46,238 nt of DNA, taken from Octopus bimaculoides (Eukaryota). The translations under genes were made by a program, and so were the position numbers. Under the pieces are notes generated by a model. It was given only the letters and a program-made list of their open reading frames with translations, was not told the DNA's origin and ran no database searches. Below are positions 25,083 to 38,051 of this stretch, piece by piece. How positions within the stretch are numbered: the stretch's first letter is position 1; each line of letters starts with the position of its first letter. The DNA lies in the NCBI RefSeq assembly GCF_001194135.2, contig NC_068988.1, forward strand, positions 63,143,416 to 63,189,653, written 5' to 3'.

Positions 25083-26520
25083 ATATCTAAAGGAATCTCG
25101 ATTCCTTCAGAAGTTCCAGGTCAGTCGTATTACTGTATCTATTTCCCTAGGTAAATGTTTCTCTTATTCCTTACGTATCCTCTTAGGTTCGGTATTCTAT
25201 CGTAATCACGTGATCCTCAAATGAAGCTATAAAAGAAAGGTATCAATCACAGATAACCATAGATAATACTAATGTTTTATTTACACAGTTTTACTGGTAT
25301 TTGTTATACTCGACTGAAGTTCACAAACCACAGGGCAAACAATTATTTCACATGCACTGCAACACCATCCTATGACCAAAATACGAAGTCGACTTGACTA
25401 GATTTATACTGCGAACTTACATGGACTTAATCATTCAGTCCTTACAGAACTTATAACTTAAATAAAAGTCAGCTTCACGCCATAGTGGAGATAATTGTCT
25501 CCACTCTATAAGAAGAAATGCATAATTTATTACTTAGCTTGAAACTCTACGCGTTCAGTCATTCGTTACCTGTCATTAATAAATATATATTATTAACGGA
25601 CCTACGATGATACGTAGAGAATAACAGAGATATTTACCTAGAGTAATATATACAGTATAATTACTAACTTCGAAAATCGGTAGGGTTCGAGATCTCTTTG
25701 AATATGTTACGAATAGTTTCTAACTGAGACACAAGCTAGCAGATATTTATTACGACTTACTGCTCTTGAAAATCACATTATTTAATTAAGATCCAAGTAT
25801 GTAATAACAGTATTCTTTTGATCTCGATGACATTTTTCCATAAATTTCAGTCTATTAAGGAATGCATCTTAAAATAATACAAGGTATTTCAACCACAAGG
25901 CAGCTGATTTAGTTAACACCTCATTCTTACACACTGCTACATTACTGATACTACATGACCTATATCAAGGTCATGTAATTTAGTAATTATTATACGTTCC
26001 TACATTAATGTTGTTATTGTTGACGTTGCTTACAATAGTGTTGTTATTGTTGATGTTGCCTATAGTTGACAACTATAATCACATAGACTTAAGATAAAAG
26101 AGAATATTGTCATCAAATGCATGCACTACTTGAGGTTTTTTAAGGCTTAGTGTGAGAATAAGTGGCAGCGACCACGAATTAGATACTAGTTGAAGAAAGT
26201 TATTCAATGATCGATAACCTGAAACACATTGAACTCTGATAACAGCACAATGGGAAGTTTGCATAACAACATAAATTATTGAGTTAGACATATATATATG
26301 ACTACAAATGAAACAAGTCTTTTCTCAGAAAATCCTCCTATTTTTGAGGAACACTTATTTCGGTCTATTCTCTTTCCGTCGTGACAAAAAACACCACTCC
26401 GAAACGTCAACTCATTTTGCTTCCTTTTCTTCTGCAATGTTAGTTGTATTAATATGTCAACCATTACATTTTCAAAGTATTTTCTTATTTCTCTCCGCCT
26501 TTTTTGCACATAAATTACCT

Positions 26521-26612
26521 GGAACATAAACAAAGCACGAATGGGAACATAAGCAAAGCACGAACGGGAATATAAACAAAGCACGAACGGGAACATAAAC
26601 AAAGCACAAAAA
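26521..26612. repeat. 23-bp minisatellite, 4 copies
   Basis: Unit ggaacataaacaaagcacgaa(c/t)g starting at 26521, 26544, 26567 and 26590; the first three copies differ by 1-2 bases and the fourth diverges at its end. Confidence 0.95.
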
Positions 26613-26629
26613 CGGCCTTTTTTTACGGA

Positions 26630-26694
26630 CAACAGAATGAACACGTCGGAAAACAGACAAGCCACTTATGGTAATTTTCCTTCATCAGCTGCCT
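26630..26694 (-). ncRNA. Decayed hammerhead-like motif
   Basis: The minus strand reads CUGAUGA-A-GGAAAA-(21 nt)-UUUUCC-GA[AA missing]CGUGUUC. Stem II is a perfect 6 bp but the GAAA box is broken; truncated by an N-gap. Confidence 0.45.
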
Positions 26695-27954
26695 NNNNNN
26701 NNNNNNNNNNNNNNNNNNNNNNNNNNNNNNNNNNNNNNNNNNNNNNNNNNNNNNNNNNNNNNNNNNNNNNNNNNNNNNNNNNNNNNNNNNNNNNNNNNNN
26801 NNNNNNNNNNNNNNNNNNNNNNNNNNNNNNNNNNNNNNNNNNNNNNNNNNNNNNNNNNNNNNNNNNNNNNNNNNNNNNNNNNNNNNNNNNNNNNNNNNNN
26901 NNNNNNNNNNNNNNNNNNNNNNNNNNNNNNNNNNNNNNNNNNNNNNNNNNNNNNNNNNNNNNNNNNNNNNNNNNNNNNNNNNNNNNNNNNNNNNNNNNNN
27001 NNNNNNNNNNNNNNNNNNNNNNNNNNNNNNNNNNNNNNNNNNNNNNNNNNNNNNNNNNNNNNNNNNNNNNNNNNNNNNNNNNNNNNNNNNNNNNNNNNNN
27101 NNNNNNNNNNNNNNNNNNNNNNNNNNNNNNNNNNNNNNNNNNNNNNNNNNNNNNNNNNNNNNNNNNNNNNNNNNNNNNNNNNNNNNNNNNNNNNNNNNNN
27201 NNNNNNNNNNNNNNNNNNNNNNNNNNNNNNNNNNNNNNNNNNNNNNNNNNNNNNNNNNNNNNNNNNNNNNNNNNNNNNNNNNNNNNNNNNNNNNNNNNNN
27301 NNNNNNNNNNNNNNNNNNNNNNNNNNNNNNNNNNNNNNNNNNNNNNNNNNNNNNNNNNNNNNNNNNNNNNNNNNNNNNNNNNNNNNNNNNNNNNNNNNNN
27401 NNNNNNNNNNNNNNNNNNNNNNNNNNNNNNNNNNNNNNNNNNNNNNNNNNNNNNNNNNNNNNNNNNNNNNNNNNNNNNNNNNNNNNNNNNNNNNNNNNNN
27501 NNNNNNNNNNNNNNNNNNNNNNNNNNNNNNNNNNNNNNNNNNNNNNNNNNNNNNNNNNNNNNNNNNNNNNNNNNNNNNNNNNNNNNNNNNNNNNNNNNNN
27601 NNNNNNNNNNNNNNNNNNNNNNNNNNNNNNNNNNNNNNNNNNNNNNNNNNNNNNNNNNNTATATATATATACATATGTACAAATATATGTATATATATAT
27701 ACATGAATATACATAGTATATATGTGTGTGAATGTATCTACGCAGACTAACATGTTACACAGTTTGTTCACCTGCCTGCAAAGCGGAAAGTGAAAACAAA
27801 TAAATAAGTAAATAAATTAAAATAGGAAGGAAAGCAAACAAATAAAAATTTTAAAAAATCAATGCATGGACAGTATAAGTAAAGCGATATTCACTAAAGA
27901 GCTATGTAAGCAACACCAGATCGATGCTACACGATTGTTATTGTAGTTGATGTT

Positions 27955-27975
27955 GGTATTATTGTTATCATCATC

Positions 27976-28022
<47 letters not shown>

Positions 28023-28095
28023 CATTATTATTATTATCATCAGCATCATTTTTATCATTCTTATATATTTTTATCATTATTATTATAATTCTTAT
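27955..28095. repeat. (ATT/ATC)n trinucleotide microsatellite
   Basis: Direct reading; it explains the poly-L and poly-N ORFs in the track. Confidence 0.95.
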
Positions 28096-30619
28096 TATAC
28101 TTGTGGTTCTCCAGTTGTTGTTGTTCCAATTGTTATTCTTGTTTTTGTTTAATATAGTTATCGAACGTGGCAGATAGATTTTTATGGAATACAACTGTGT
28201 AAATACAGTGAAGACAAAGAGAGGCTGAGAAGGATAACACGTGAGAATAAAGCAATAAATCAACTTGAATTATGTTTATCTATTGGTTATTAGGCCAGTG
28301 AGAGCAGTCGATGACCATAAAAACTGCTTTTGTTGACCAGTTCATGGAGATGAGAGAGAAAACCAGGCTGACAATCTGGGACTCCTGGCTTATTAAAAAT
28401 AGAACTGTTATATACAACTTAAATCTACATTGATATATATACATATATATATATATATANNNNNNNNNNNNNNNNNNNNNNNNNNNNNNNNNNNNNNNNN
28501 NNNNNNNNNNNNNNNNNNNNNNNNNNNNNNNNNNNNNNNNNNNNNNNNNNNNNNNNNNNNNNNNNNNNNNNNNNNNNNNNNNNNNNNNNNNNNNNNNNNN
28601 NNNNNNNNNNNNNNNNNNNNNNNNNNNNNNNNNNNNNNNNNNNNNNNNNNNNNNNNNNNNNNNNNNNNNNNNNNNNNNNNNNNNNNNNNNNNNNNNNNNN
28701 NNNNNNNNNNNNNNNNNNNNNNNNNNNNNNNNNNNNNNNNNNNNNNNNNNNNNNNNNNNNNNNNNNNNNNNNNNNNNNNNNNNNNNNNNNNNNNNNNNNN
28801 NNNNNNNNNNNNNNNNNNNNNNNNNNNNNNNNNNNNNNNNNNNNNNNNNNNNNNNNNNNNNNNNNNNNNNNNNNNNNNNNNNNNNNNNNNNNNNNNNNNN
28901 NNNNNNNNNNNNNNNNNTACATGTATATACATACATACATACAAGTGTGTGTGTGTGTATGTATGTGTGTATTTAAGTATGTATATATGCTTATGCATAA
29001 AGACACATAGAGGCATACATACAGACATACATAGTCATATATTTATGTGTGCATTAACACACATAGGTATCGGGGAGTGCATGCGAAATGACTTTTCTTT
29101 CAAACACGTTATAATGAAGATATAACTATTGGAGTTTAATCTATTTTTCATTGATTTCCTATATATCTTTCTCTGTTTTCCTGTTTACTTTGTAACAATA
29201 ATGTTCCCAAATCTATGAATGTTTACATATATTTTGAATCTCTTCTTCTGAATGCAATTGATGCTGGTACTTTTTTTAAGCTGGCACCCCTTTTTTTATG
29301 CTGCTTACAGGAATTATAGGAGCATTTTCTTTGTATTTCAATCAGAAAAGGAAAGGATCCCTACTCCTTTGATATCTTACTGGTTCTTAGATTCTAGTGA
29401 AATGAAATGGGGAATTTATAATTAGACGCTTTTCTAGATAGAGCCACCGATTACGTAAATCGATACTGGTGTTTAATCAAAATGCGAAGTATATTTATAA
29501 AATTCAAATTGGAACAATCTATCCCGACTCTGAAAGCCTTCCATACGGTTCCTGTCTTCCTCAATTTTCCTCAAAATATTTTTGGTAAATCGCATTTTAT
29601 GGAATATGATACTTTTCCAATGTATCACAATATGGAAGCGAATATAAAAATAGGTAGGTACAAAATCAGCATTGAACTACATAGCGAATGTCGATGCTAT
29701 AACTAATGGAGCCATCATCACAGAATTTAATTATTTTATGCTTAATTGTTATCTTCTCATCTCCAATTTACTTTGAAGAACCAGTAACTGTTTCATATTC
29801 ATTAGCTGTGTGTTTTATCTCTGTGTTAATTTTTTGTCAGTACCTTCTTATTAGTGATGCTACTAAAACTAATCCAGTAAATTGACATAATAATATTTAA
29901 GATGGCAGAGTTATCATTGTATTATTTTTTTCCTCTACTACAATGTGCTTGCCATGACTCATTGTTTGAAATATATGGTCATATCTCGACAAATTGCGCA
30001 TTTATGTGTCGGATGTATCAGATTGCGTTCCTTGTTTTATAACCTGATGTTCACAATGAGATATAGTATTACATTGGTTGTCTGAAGTACTTTCTGTGAC
30101 TGGAAATGTTTGTGGCTTCGTGATGATGAAAAGATTTTAAATTCTAGTGATTTTTTACGTGATAGAGAATAAAATAGACTTGTAGTGGTATATTCTATTA
30201 AATATATCCTCTTACCTTTTGTTCTATTTCATTAGCAAGTCTAGCAAACCATCAATTCATTTATTATATATTCAAACGGCAGTTGGATCATGTACCTTAC
30301 ACTGATATGTGGTTTGTGCGTTCTCGAGGGAGTTGAAACCGTTACATTTGCAGGAGAGATTATGTTTTTGCAATGCTCTACAGCTTGTTTTCTTAGTATC
30401 TTCGAATAACCATTCTTGACGGGAGACCGTGTTTAATACACTGAATTTTTGAAAATCCATTTTCTATTCAAAGCAACAAATTTAATTGTTAACGGCACGT
30501 TACACCTATATAGACATTCACCATGTATGTTATGCCTATCCTGTATACACGTATACTATATGTTGCTTCTTATGCATGTATAGATACAGAGGTTGATAGA
30601 CAGATAGATAGATAGATAA

Positions 30620-30664
<45 letters not shown>

Positions 30665-30733
30665 CAGACAGGTAGGTAGGTAGATATACGTATAGATACA
30701 TAAAAGTATATATGTATGTATATAATATATAAG

Positions 30734-30776
<43 letters not shown>

Positions 30777-31636
30777 GTGCGTGTGTGTGTGTTTACACAT
30801 ACATACACAGACCTGTATATAAAGATATTCAACATACATTCATAGAAACATGCATACACACACAGCAAAATTAAGACAGTGTGTGTTAAAAATCTTTAGT
30901 CAAGGGCAAACGAAAATGATTGTCGTATGAAATTTTATATGGTTACCTGACATAAAAGAAGGTAAAATATTACTAAATACGTCTATCATACCTGGTTATA
31001 TTGGACTGAATAGGTATGCAAAAACGTGAGTATAATATATACAATCACATTTATAGGCCTGCATGCCTTCTTAAATGGAAGGCTGCAGTATCGTCAACTT
31101 CATCTACTTTTTGTTTTATCATCAACGCAGGCAGTATAGATTTGACATTCAAAACCATGTGTTCAGAGTCATGAAAGCGCAAAATGAATTCTGATCATAA
31201 TGTTCATTAATCCACAGTATCTGAAATTTATGAACGATATAGATTCTCAGGTGTGTTGATATATGACAAGTTCTTATAAAATTAGACGACATTACTCGTT
31301 CATTGCTTACGTTTTTAGGCACCACAATTTTAAAACCTGCATCTGTGACCACAAATTTCTTGGTCCACTATCTTTTTTTTTTTCTAAATATTATTTTTTA
31401 TTCTTATTCTTATGTTAAGCATGTTAAGATTTTGGAGACGTCTCCAAATAAACGAGCTGCAGAATGAGAGGTAATAATGTATGTTTCTAATAAAGCACGC
31501 ACATGGCTTCATAACCGGCTAATTTTTACTAGCTACAGTCTAACTTTGCACTCATACACAAACACACAAACACAGATACACGCAAACGCATACACACACA
31601 CACACTTACACACACACATACACACACACACACACA

Positions 31637-31673
<37 letters not shown>

Positions 31674-33164
31674 NNNNNNNNNNNNNNNNNNNNNNNNNNN
31701 NNNNNNNNNNNNNNNNNNNNNNNNNNNNNNNNNNNNNNNNNNNNNNNNNNNNNNNNNNNNNNNNNNNNNNNNNNNNNNNNNNNNNNNNNNNNNNNNNNNN
31801 NNNNNNNNNNNNNNNNNNNNNNNNNNNNNNNNNNNNNNNNNNNNNNNNNNNNNNNNNNNNNNNNNNNNNNNNNNNNNNNNNNNNNNNNNNNNNNNNNNNN
31901 NNNNNNNNNNNNNNNNNNNNNNNNNNNNNNNNNNNNNNNNNNNNNNNNNNNNNNNNNNNNNNNNNNNNNNNNNNNNNNNNNNNNNNNNNNNNNNNNNNNN
32001 NNNNNNNNNNNNNNNNNNNNNNNNNNNNNNNNNNNNNNNNNNNNNNNNNNNNNNNNNNNNNNNNNNNNNNNNNNNNNNNNNNNNNNNNNNNNNNNNNNNN
32101 NNNNNNNNNNNNNNNNNNNNNNNNNNNNNNNNNNNNNNNNNNNNNNNNNNNNNNNNNNNNNNNNNNNNNNNNNNNNNNNNNNNNNNNNNATATACATATA
32201 TATATATACATATATATATATATCTATATATATATATATATATTTCAATAACCATCCCCAGATCTCTTGGCAGAAAAACCATCGTAGCCTTGTCAAAATG
32301 CAAATAAAAAATATTTATCCACCAGTGAGGTGTCGAACACTCATTCTTGCTCCTCGATATTAACCAGCACTCACACACACACACATACACGCCCACATAC
32401 GCACATACGCACATTCACACACTCACTCACACATATAAACTTAGCGCAGATGGCTATCTGATAAATCATTTATTATATTATTTAATATTAGTGCTGATAG
32501 TTTGAAAAGAAGGCAAATACAAAGAAAATATTGTTATAGAAGAATATAACGGATAAAATATCCATATGAACATGTACACATATGTGTGTGTGTATGTGTG
32601 TATTTTTGTGTGTGTGTATAATCAAATGAATAATAACAGACGATGGGTAATTGTCACCTTATTACAACTGCTTCTTACGCATATTTTTAATAGAAGAATG
32701 AGAAAATTACTTCATTATAAAAAAATCATAATCAACTGATGAAGCATAATTTCACATTGAAACGAATATCCCAATGATACAGCAGGAACGTGGCTGAAGT
32801 CTGCCGAGGCTACCCATGTTACTCTAAAGTATACCAACAACGTACAATCCAACGTAACGCGTTCTTTGGGCGCTAAATACTCATAGGGTTGGTTTTCTCT
32901 GTGTACACTAACTGAATATCCTATTTGATACTTACCAACCATTATTCGGAAGAACAGGTTTACCCAACCCTACCTGCTGCATATCTGTTCAGTACCTGAT
33001 TCTATCTGAATCCTTATTTTACTATANNNNNNNNNNNNNNNNNNNNNNNNNNNNNNNNNNNNNNNNNNNNNNNNNNNNNNNNNNNNNNNNNNNNNNNNNN
33101 NNNNNNNNNNNNNNNNNNNNNNNNNNNNNNNNNNTATATATATATATATAGGATGTGTACCGAG

Positions 33165-33760
33165 ATAAAATTTGAACATCCAGTCAACTTCATGTCATTT
33201 CGAGTGATCACTAGTGATGACGAGGTTATACTGCCATATATCTTTCCACACGGCCTCAGAAACAACACAAGTGCCTGGAGGAGGCAGTCCTACCCTAGGT
33301 GAAGAGGGTGACTACTGGAAGACCATATGTCTGGCAACAGGACTCTGCACCATGATACGCAAGTAGGAGAACTTAGTCGTGAGTGTCAGACAATTTCTGC
33401 GACCACATTACTCCTAACATCTGGCCACTGAACTCGTCAGACTGCAACCCCCTTGATTATTACGCGTGGGGTACAGTTGAGCGAGAGACCAAGAAAGCAC
33501 CTTGTAACACCAAAGATTAACTGAATACAAGGATTATAGCAATATTCATCAATTTAAACAAGGTGATCGTCCCGTAGAGTTACGAGACATTCCGAAGTCG
33601 TCTGGAAGCCGTGGTTGAAGCGAATGACAATGTTTTTGAATAAATTTACACTTTCGTATTTGAAGATATTTTAAAGTAATTTTGGTAAACGTATCTGTTA
33701 AAATGAGATGTAAGTGCTATTTTCATTTTTGCGTAATTCAGATGACAATGTACTCACCGC
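33165..33760 (+). pseudogene. Decayed Tc1/mariner-superfamily transposase, DD37D (maT) type, C-terminal half plus 3' flank
   Basis: Translation: KFEHPVNFMSFRVITSDDEVILPYIFPHGLRNNT / (frameshift) KCLEEAVLP*VKRVTTGRPYVWQQDSAP*YASRRT*S*VSDNFCDHITPNIWPLNSSDCNPLDYYAWGTVERETKK..FRSRLEAVVEANDNVFE*. There are 37 residues between the QQD and NPLD aspartates, and several in-frame stops. Confidence 0.9.
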
Positions 33761-33763
33761 ACG

Positions 33764-33840
<77 letters not shown>

Positions 33841-33850
33841 NNNNNNNNNN

Positions 33851-33885
<35 letters not shown>
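33764..33885. repeat. (CT)n microsatellite
   Basis: Direct reading; a 10-N gap lies within it. Confidence 0.95.
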
Positions 33886-33912
<27 letters not shown>

Positions 33913-34094
33913 CACGCGCGTGCGCCGAGATAGCTGTATTTCAGATGAGAGTTTCTATGCTGATAATGAACACAAACAGTTTATATTTCACTGACCCTCG
34001 CAAGATACAACAAAATATGGTTAAACACAAGAGTTCACGTGTTCACACCGAGTATCTTGAAAAGCAATACAAAGCCAAATACATGCATCTGCGC

Positions 34095-34140
<46 letters not shown>

Positions 34141-34947
34141 TTGTGTGAGATAGTATATATGTGTGTATGTATGTATTTCCAACAATGATAAATAAAATCG
34201 CAAAGATGGCGTCGATTTCGAAATATAACACTTGTTCAAATGTTTTTTTCTAAACCAGACCGACATTAGTTGCATAGCTAATCATGATTTTCTGCATTAA
34301 CGCTTGACACAAACTGAATATTAAATGATGATAATGAACCTACTTGGGCTTACTTATTGAATTGAAAACCTCACGTTCTCCAGCTTTCATTCCACTGCTT
34401 TAAATGACTATATATTACAATAATGGTGACTAATCCAAATTAACGGCTATTTCATATACGAAGCAATAAGGTTACTTGCCTGATGAGCTGGTAATTAAAT
34501 TAAGTGCTCAACTGGTAATAGAGGTGCATAAAATGATTATAAAATGAATTAATAGTTGAAAGTGTAGCTACGGTAATTTGATTGTGTTTCCCAAGCTAGA
34601 AAATGCAAACCCTTTGCTTCTTGTGAGAGACCGAGGAAAGTTCTTCTGAGTGCTTTCAAGATAGTTGTGCATGCGTTTGTGTGTGATGGTGTGTCCGGGC
34701 TTGTCTGTGTGTGGGTATCCCTGTACGTGCGTGCGTTTGCGCGTTATGCTTTCGTTGGGAGTTGATGTAGTTCATTGGCTTTACGATCTTTTGCTCCGAC
34801 CTTTATTGCAACTCGCATTGCCTGTGGTTTAATCAATCATTTTTGACGAAGTAGTAAGACGTCTTACACTCGCAATTTGAGAATTTTGCACACATACACA
34901 CACATACATACATGCGTATATATATACATACATTCATATATATAATC

Positions 34948-35100
34948 TATTAAAAAGTAGCAAAAATATTACAAAAACTGTTACTCAGGGTTTCATGTTC
35001 CCGTTCGTCCGACAGCTTATTTTTAAACAAAACTGTCCGACAAACGGGAACGTGAAACTCTGAGTAACAGCTTTTGTTATATTTTTGCTGCTTTTCAATA
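34948..35100. repeat. Long inverted repeat (68-bp arms, 17-bp loop), probably a foldback/MITE-like element
   Basis: 34948-35015 versus the reverse complement of 35033-35100: 60/68 identical by manual alignment. Confidence 0.92.
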
Positions 35101-36490
35101 AAGCATATTACCTTACTTCTGGTATTCGAATACTATGTTTTCCACCCTGTTTCGCATTTATGTCCTTACTCCGGTATATATGTATATATAGAAATATATA
35201 TATATATATANNNNNNNNNNNNNNNNNNNNNNNNNNNNNNNNNNNNNNNNNNNNNNNNNNNNNNNNNNNNNNNNNNNNNNNNNNNNNNNNNNNNNNNNNA
35301 TCAAGTGATATTTACTTTGTTGTTAGTAATTTTTTTCTTTGAGTACACTTATAAAGTTCGCACCATTTCAGTCATTCACATTTGACATCAGTTTTAACTC
35401 CATTACTTTTGTGCCTGTGAAAATTTAAAATTGCAAAATTTAAATGTGCAATTTATTCGGATGTGACCCCGGTTTAACGGAGCATACTTACTAGGTCAAG
35501 GCATTTACTAGACTTAATGAAAATTAAGTCTACTAGCAGGGAATATGTACCGCCATGTGGCAGCAGACCATAACTGGGAGGTTTTGTGCTTATCAGTAGA
35601 GCCATTCAAGGTTCAGTCATCAGGAGAATGCAATCATTAAGTTGAGGCACTCGGTTCCCGCGCCACTTCCTGTTTATCTTGGAAATATTTCACTAGATAT
35701 GTTCACGTTGGACAATAGTATTATCACTCTGGAACGGCCGGCAAGTTAGATAAATATGTATCCCTTTCCTCTGGTCACTTATGGAGTATTATCTTTGCCT
35801 CGAACTCAGCATGGACATGAATACTTATAAAAATATTCTGTCCTTACTAAATTATAATTGTAATTACTGTCTGGATTTGATATATATGCGAGTCCAAATT
35901 AAGAAAGAAGAAATATCAGTATAACGCTAGTGTCCATTATATGTTTAAATTGCAAAATTAGATTCAATTGCAAAATTAGTAAATAAAGGAATTGCAAATA
36001 TAGAGATAATAGGAAGATATTAAAGGAAACAAAACATGTTATTGTATCAAGCGCATCTGTTTGCGACGGTAACAAATAAATTTAGTATACCGGAATCAGA
36101 TTCAGTCGTTTAGACTCTTTATTTGTATACAATGAAAACGTAATTGACTAAAAATATATAAATTCTTAGCTAAGACAAATTCTACTTGCTCGAAGCCAAA
36201 GATTTACAGTGTATAAAGTCAGCTAGTAGATTCGATAAGTAATATTTGTAAGAAAATATATGGTATGTTATAGGTAGGCATAGCATTCCATTTGTAAGGG
36301 TGAAACATTAGGCACACACATTCATCTCACATTTGGCTTAGCCACCATAGCTATGATTTCATCTATATATTTGAATGAGATTTACCGAAATATATGGTGT
36401 GGTATATGTCGGCAAATCCGCGTATATCTAAGTGTGCGTATGTGTGTGTGAGTGTGGAAACAAGGGCAATAACCTCACTGAAACATATGA

Positions 36491-36538
<48 letters not shown>

Positions 36539-37684
36539 CGTGTGTGTGTGTGTGTGTGTTTGTGATGTGTGCGTATGTGTATGTGCGTATGTGTGTGTGG
36601 GTGTAGATTATGGTGTAAGGGGCAGAGAGAAATTATGAAAGACAGAAAATATTTCTCTGGATAAACGTGAAGTAATGATACCTAATGTAATATATACATA
36701 TGCACTTATGCGTATATATATATACATAGACACATATACATACACGCATACACACATATGCATATATAATATTCACACATTCTTCAATGCACAAATACAC
36801 ACATGCATATGTCTTTGTGTCCATGTGAATAAGTATTTATGTAATATACTAAATAAATATGCTAGGTGAAATAATGAAAGGGAGTTGAAAATTTTCGTGC
36901 CGGATGCTTGTGATGATTACACTGTCTTGAGAATTTCTATAAACAAATTTCCCGAAATAATACAAAGGCAACGTACATACTCGAAATTACAGTTTTCTTT
37001 TGTAATCTCTCTTCTCTTCAATTTTCTTTTCCAAGTTATAACTTTGATGTAATGAACTACACATATTCAAATTCTATAAAGATACATTAGATACGTGTAT
37101 AAGAATGACTTTATGCTACATTTTTTAATGACAAAGTAATGTTTTATTCACATTCTCTAATTTTTCCTGTTTGCTTTCATGCATTTTATTAAATATATAT
37201 TTACTTACATTGCTCTATAATTTATGCTTTATATTTTTAAGAATATTCTTTGGAATTTATAAACAACTTGAAACATTCATGCATCCGTTGTATTATTATT
37301 TTGTGTTACATTGATACTTTCATTACCTATGTAGTTTGTTGTAAGTATCTACGAATTACTTATATGTGAGTATATACATATTCATACGCACATTCCTACG
37401 TATATTTATACGCACATAGACACTTATTCATACATATACGTATTATATCATGCATACACACATATATGTACGTATTTAATAAAGATAGATAAACTTTCTC
37501 ACAGGCATACTAACGTATGTATGTATATATGCGTACTTTTTGTTAGTGTGTCCTTGTATGGTCGGTTGTGCGTGTAGGTGTGTATGTGCATGTATGTGTG
37601 TATATATGTGTGTACGTATGTGGGTATGTGTGTGCGTGCGCACCTTTTCGTGTGTGTTTTTGCGTATTTATGTTCAGGTAGTTA

Positions 37685-37950
37685 CCCAGGATGAATCTGA
37701 TGTTTCTAGTTTTGACTATGGTCTCTGGAAACTAAGCAAATCGAAGAGCCTCTAGCATCTATGGAGTAGGAAACAGAATCGAATGTTTTCTTGAGATTTA
37801 GCCAAACTGTAAGCAAATATTTTCTACGCAGCCGCACTCCTGATATTCCGCCTTTTTCGTTTATTACAGAATGACCAACACAACCACAAAGTTTTATACT
37901 TATTTTACTAAACAGTTCACCGACAATGATGTTATTGTTTCCAACCTCTC
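37685..37950 (-). pseudogene. Decayed non-LTR retrotransposon reverse-transcriptase fragment (R2/R4/NeSL-like group)
   Basis: The minus strand gives ..CGCVGHSVIN..VRLRRKYLLTVWLNLKKTFDSVSYS, then after a frameshift MLEALRFA*FPETIVKT. This matches the RT motif 'WxDxxKAFDSVxH' and the helix that follows it. Confidence 0.7.
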
Positions 37951-37962
37951 TGATCATAAAGA

Positions 37963-37981
37963 AAGATATATATATATATAT

Positions 37982-38051
<70 letters not shown>

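Noticed and set aside
26521-26612. CRISPR-like appearance of the 23-bp repeats
   Set aside because: The units are head-to-tail with no spacers, there are no cas genes, and the context is eukaryotic.
26623-27771. Long ORFs (200-380 aa) in the supplied track here and at other gaps
   Set aside because: They are almost entirely X residues from N-gaps plus YI/CV/HT dipeptides from microsatellites.
32730-32775. CTGATGA..GAAACG motif
   Set aside because: Stem II, stem III and stem I do not pair.
34484-34530. CTGATGAGC..GCTC motif
   Set aside because: No GAAA box or stem I; also not a supportable C/D-box snoRNA.
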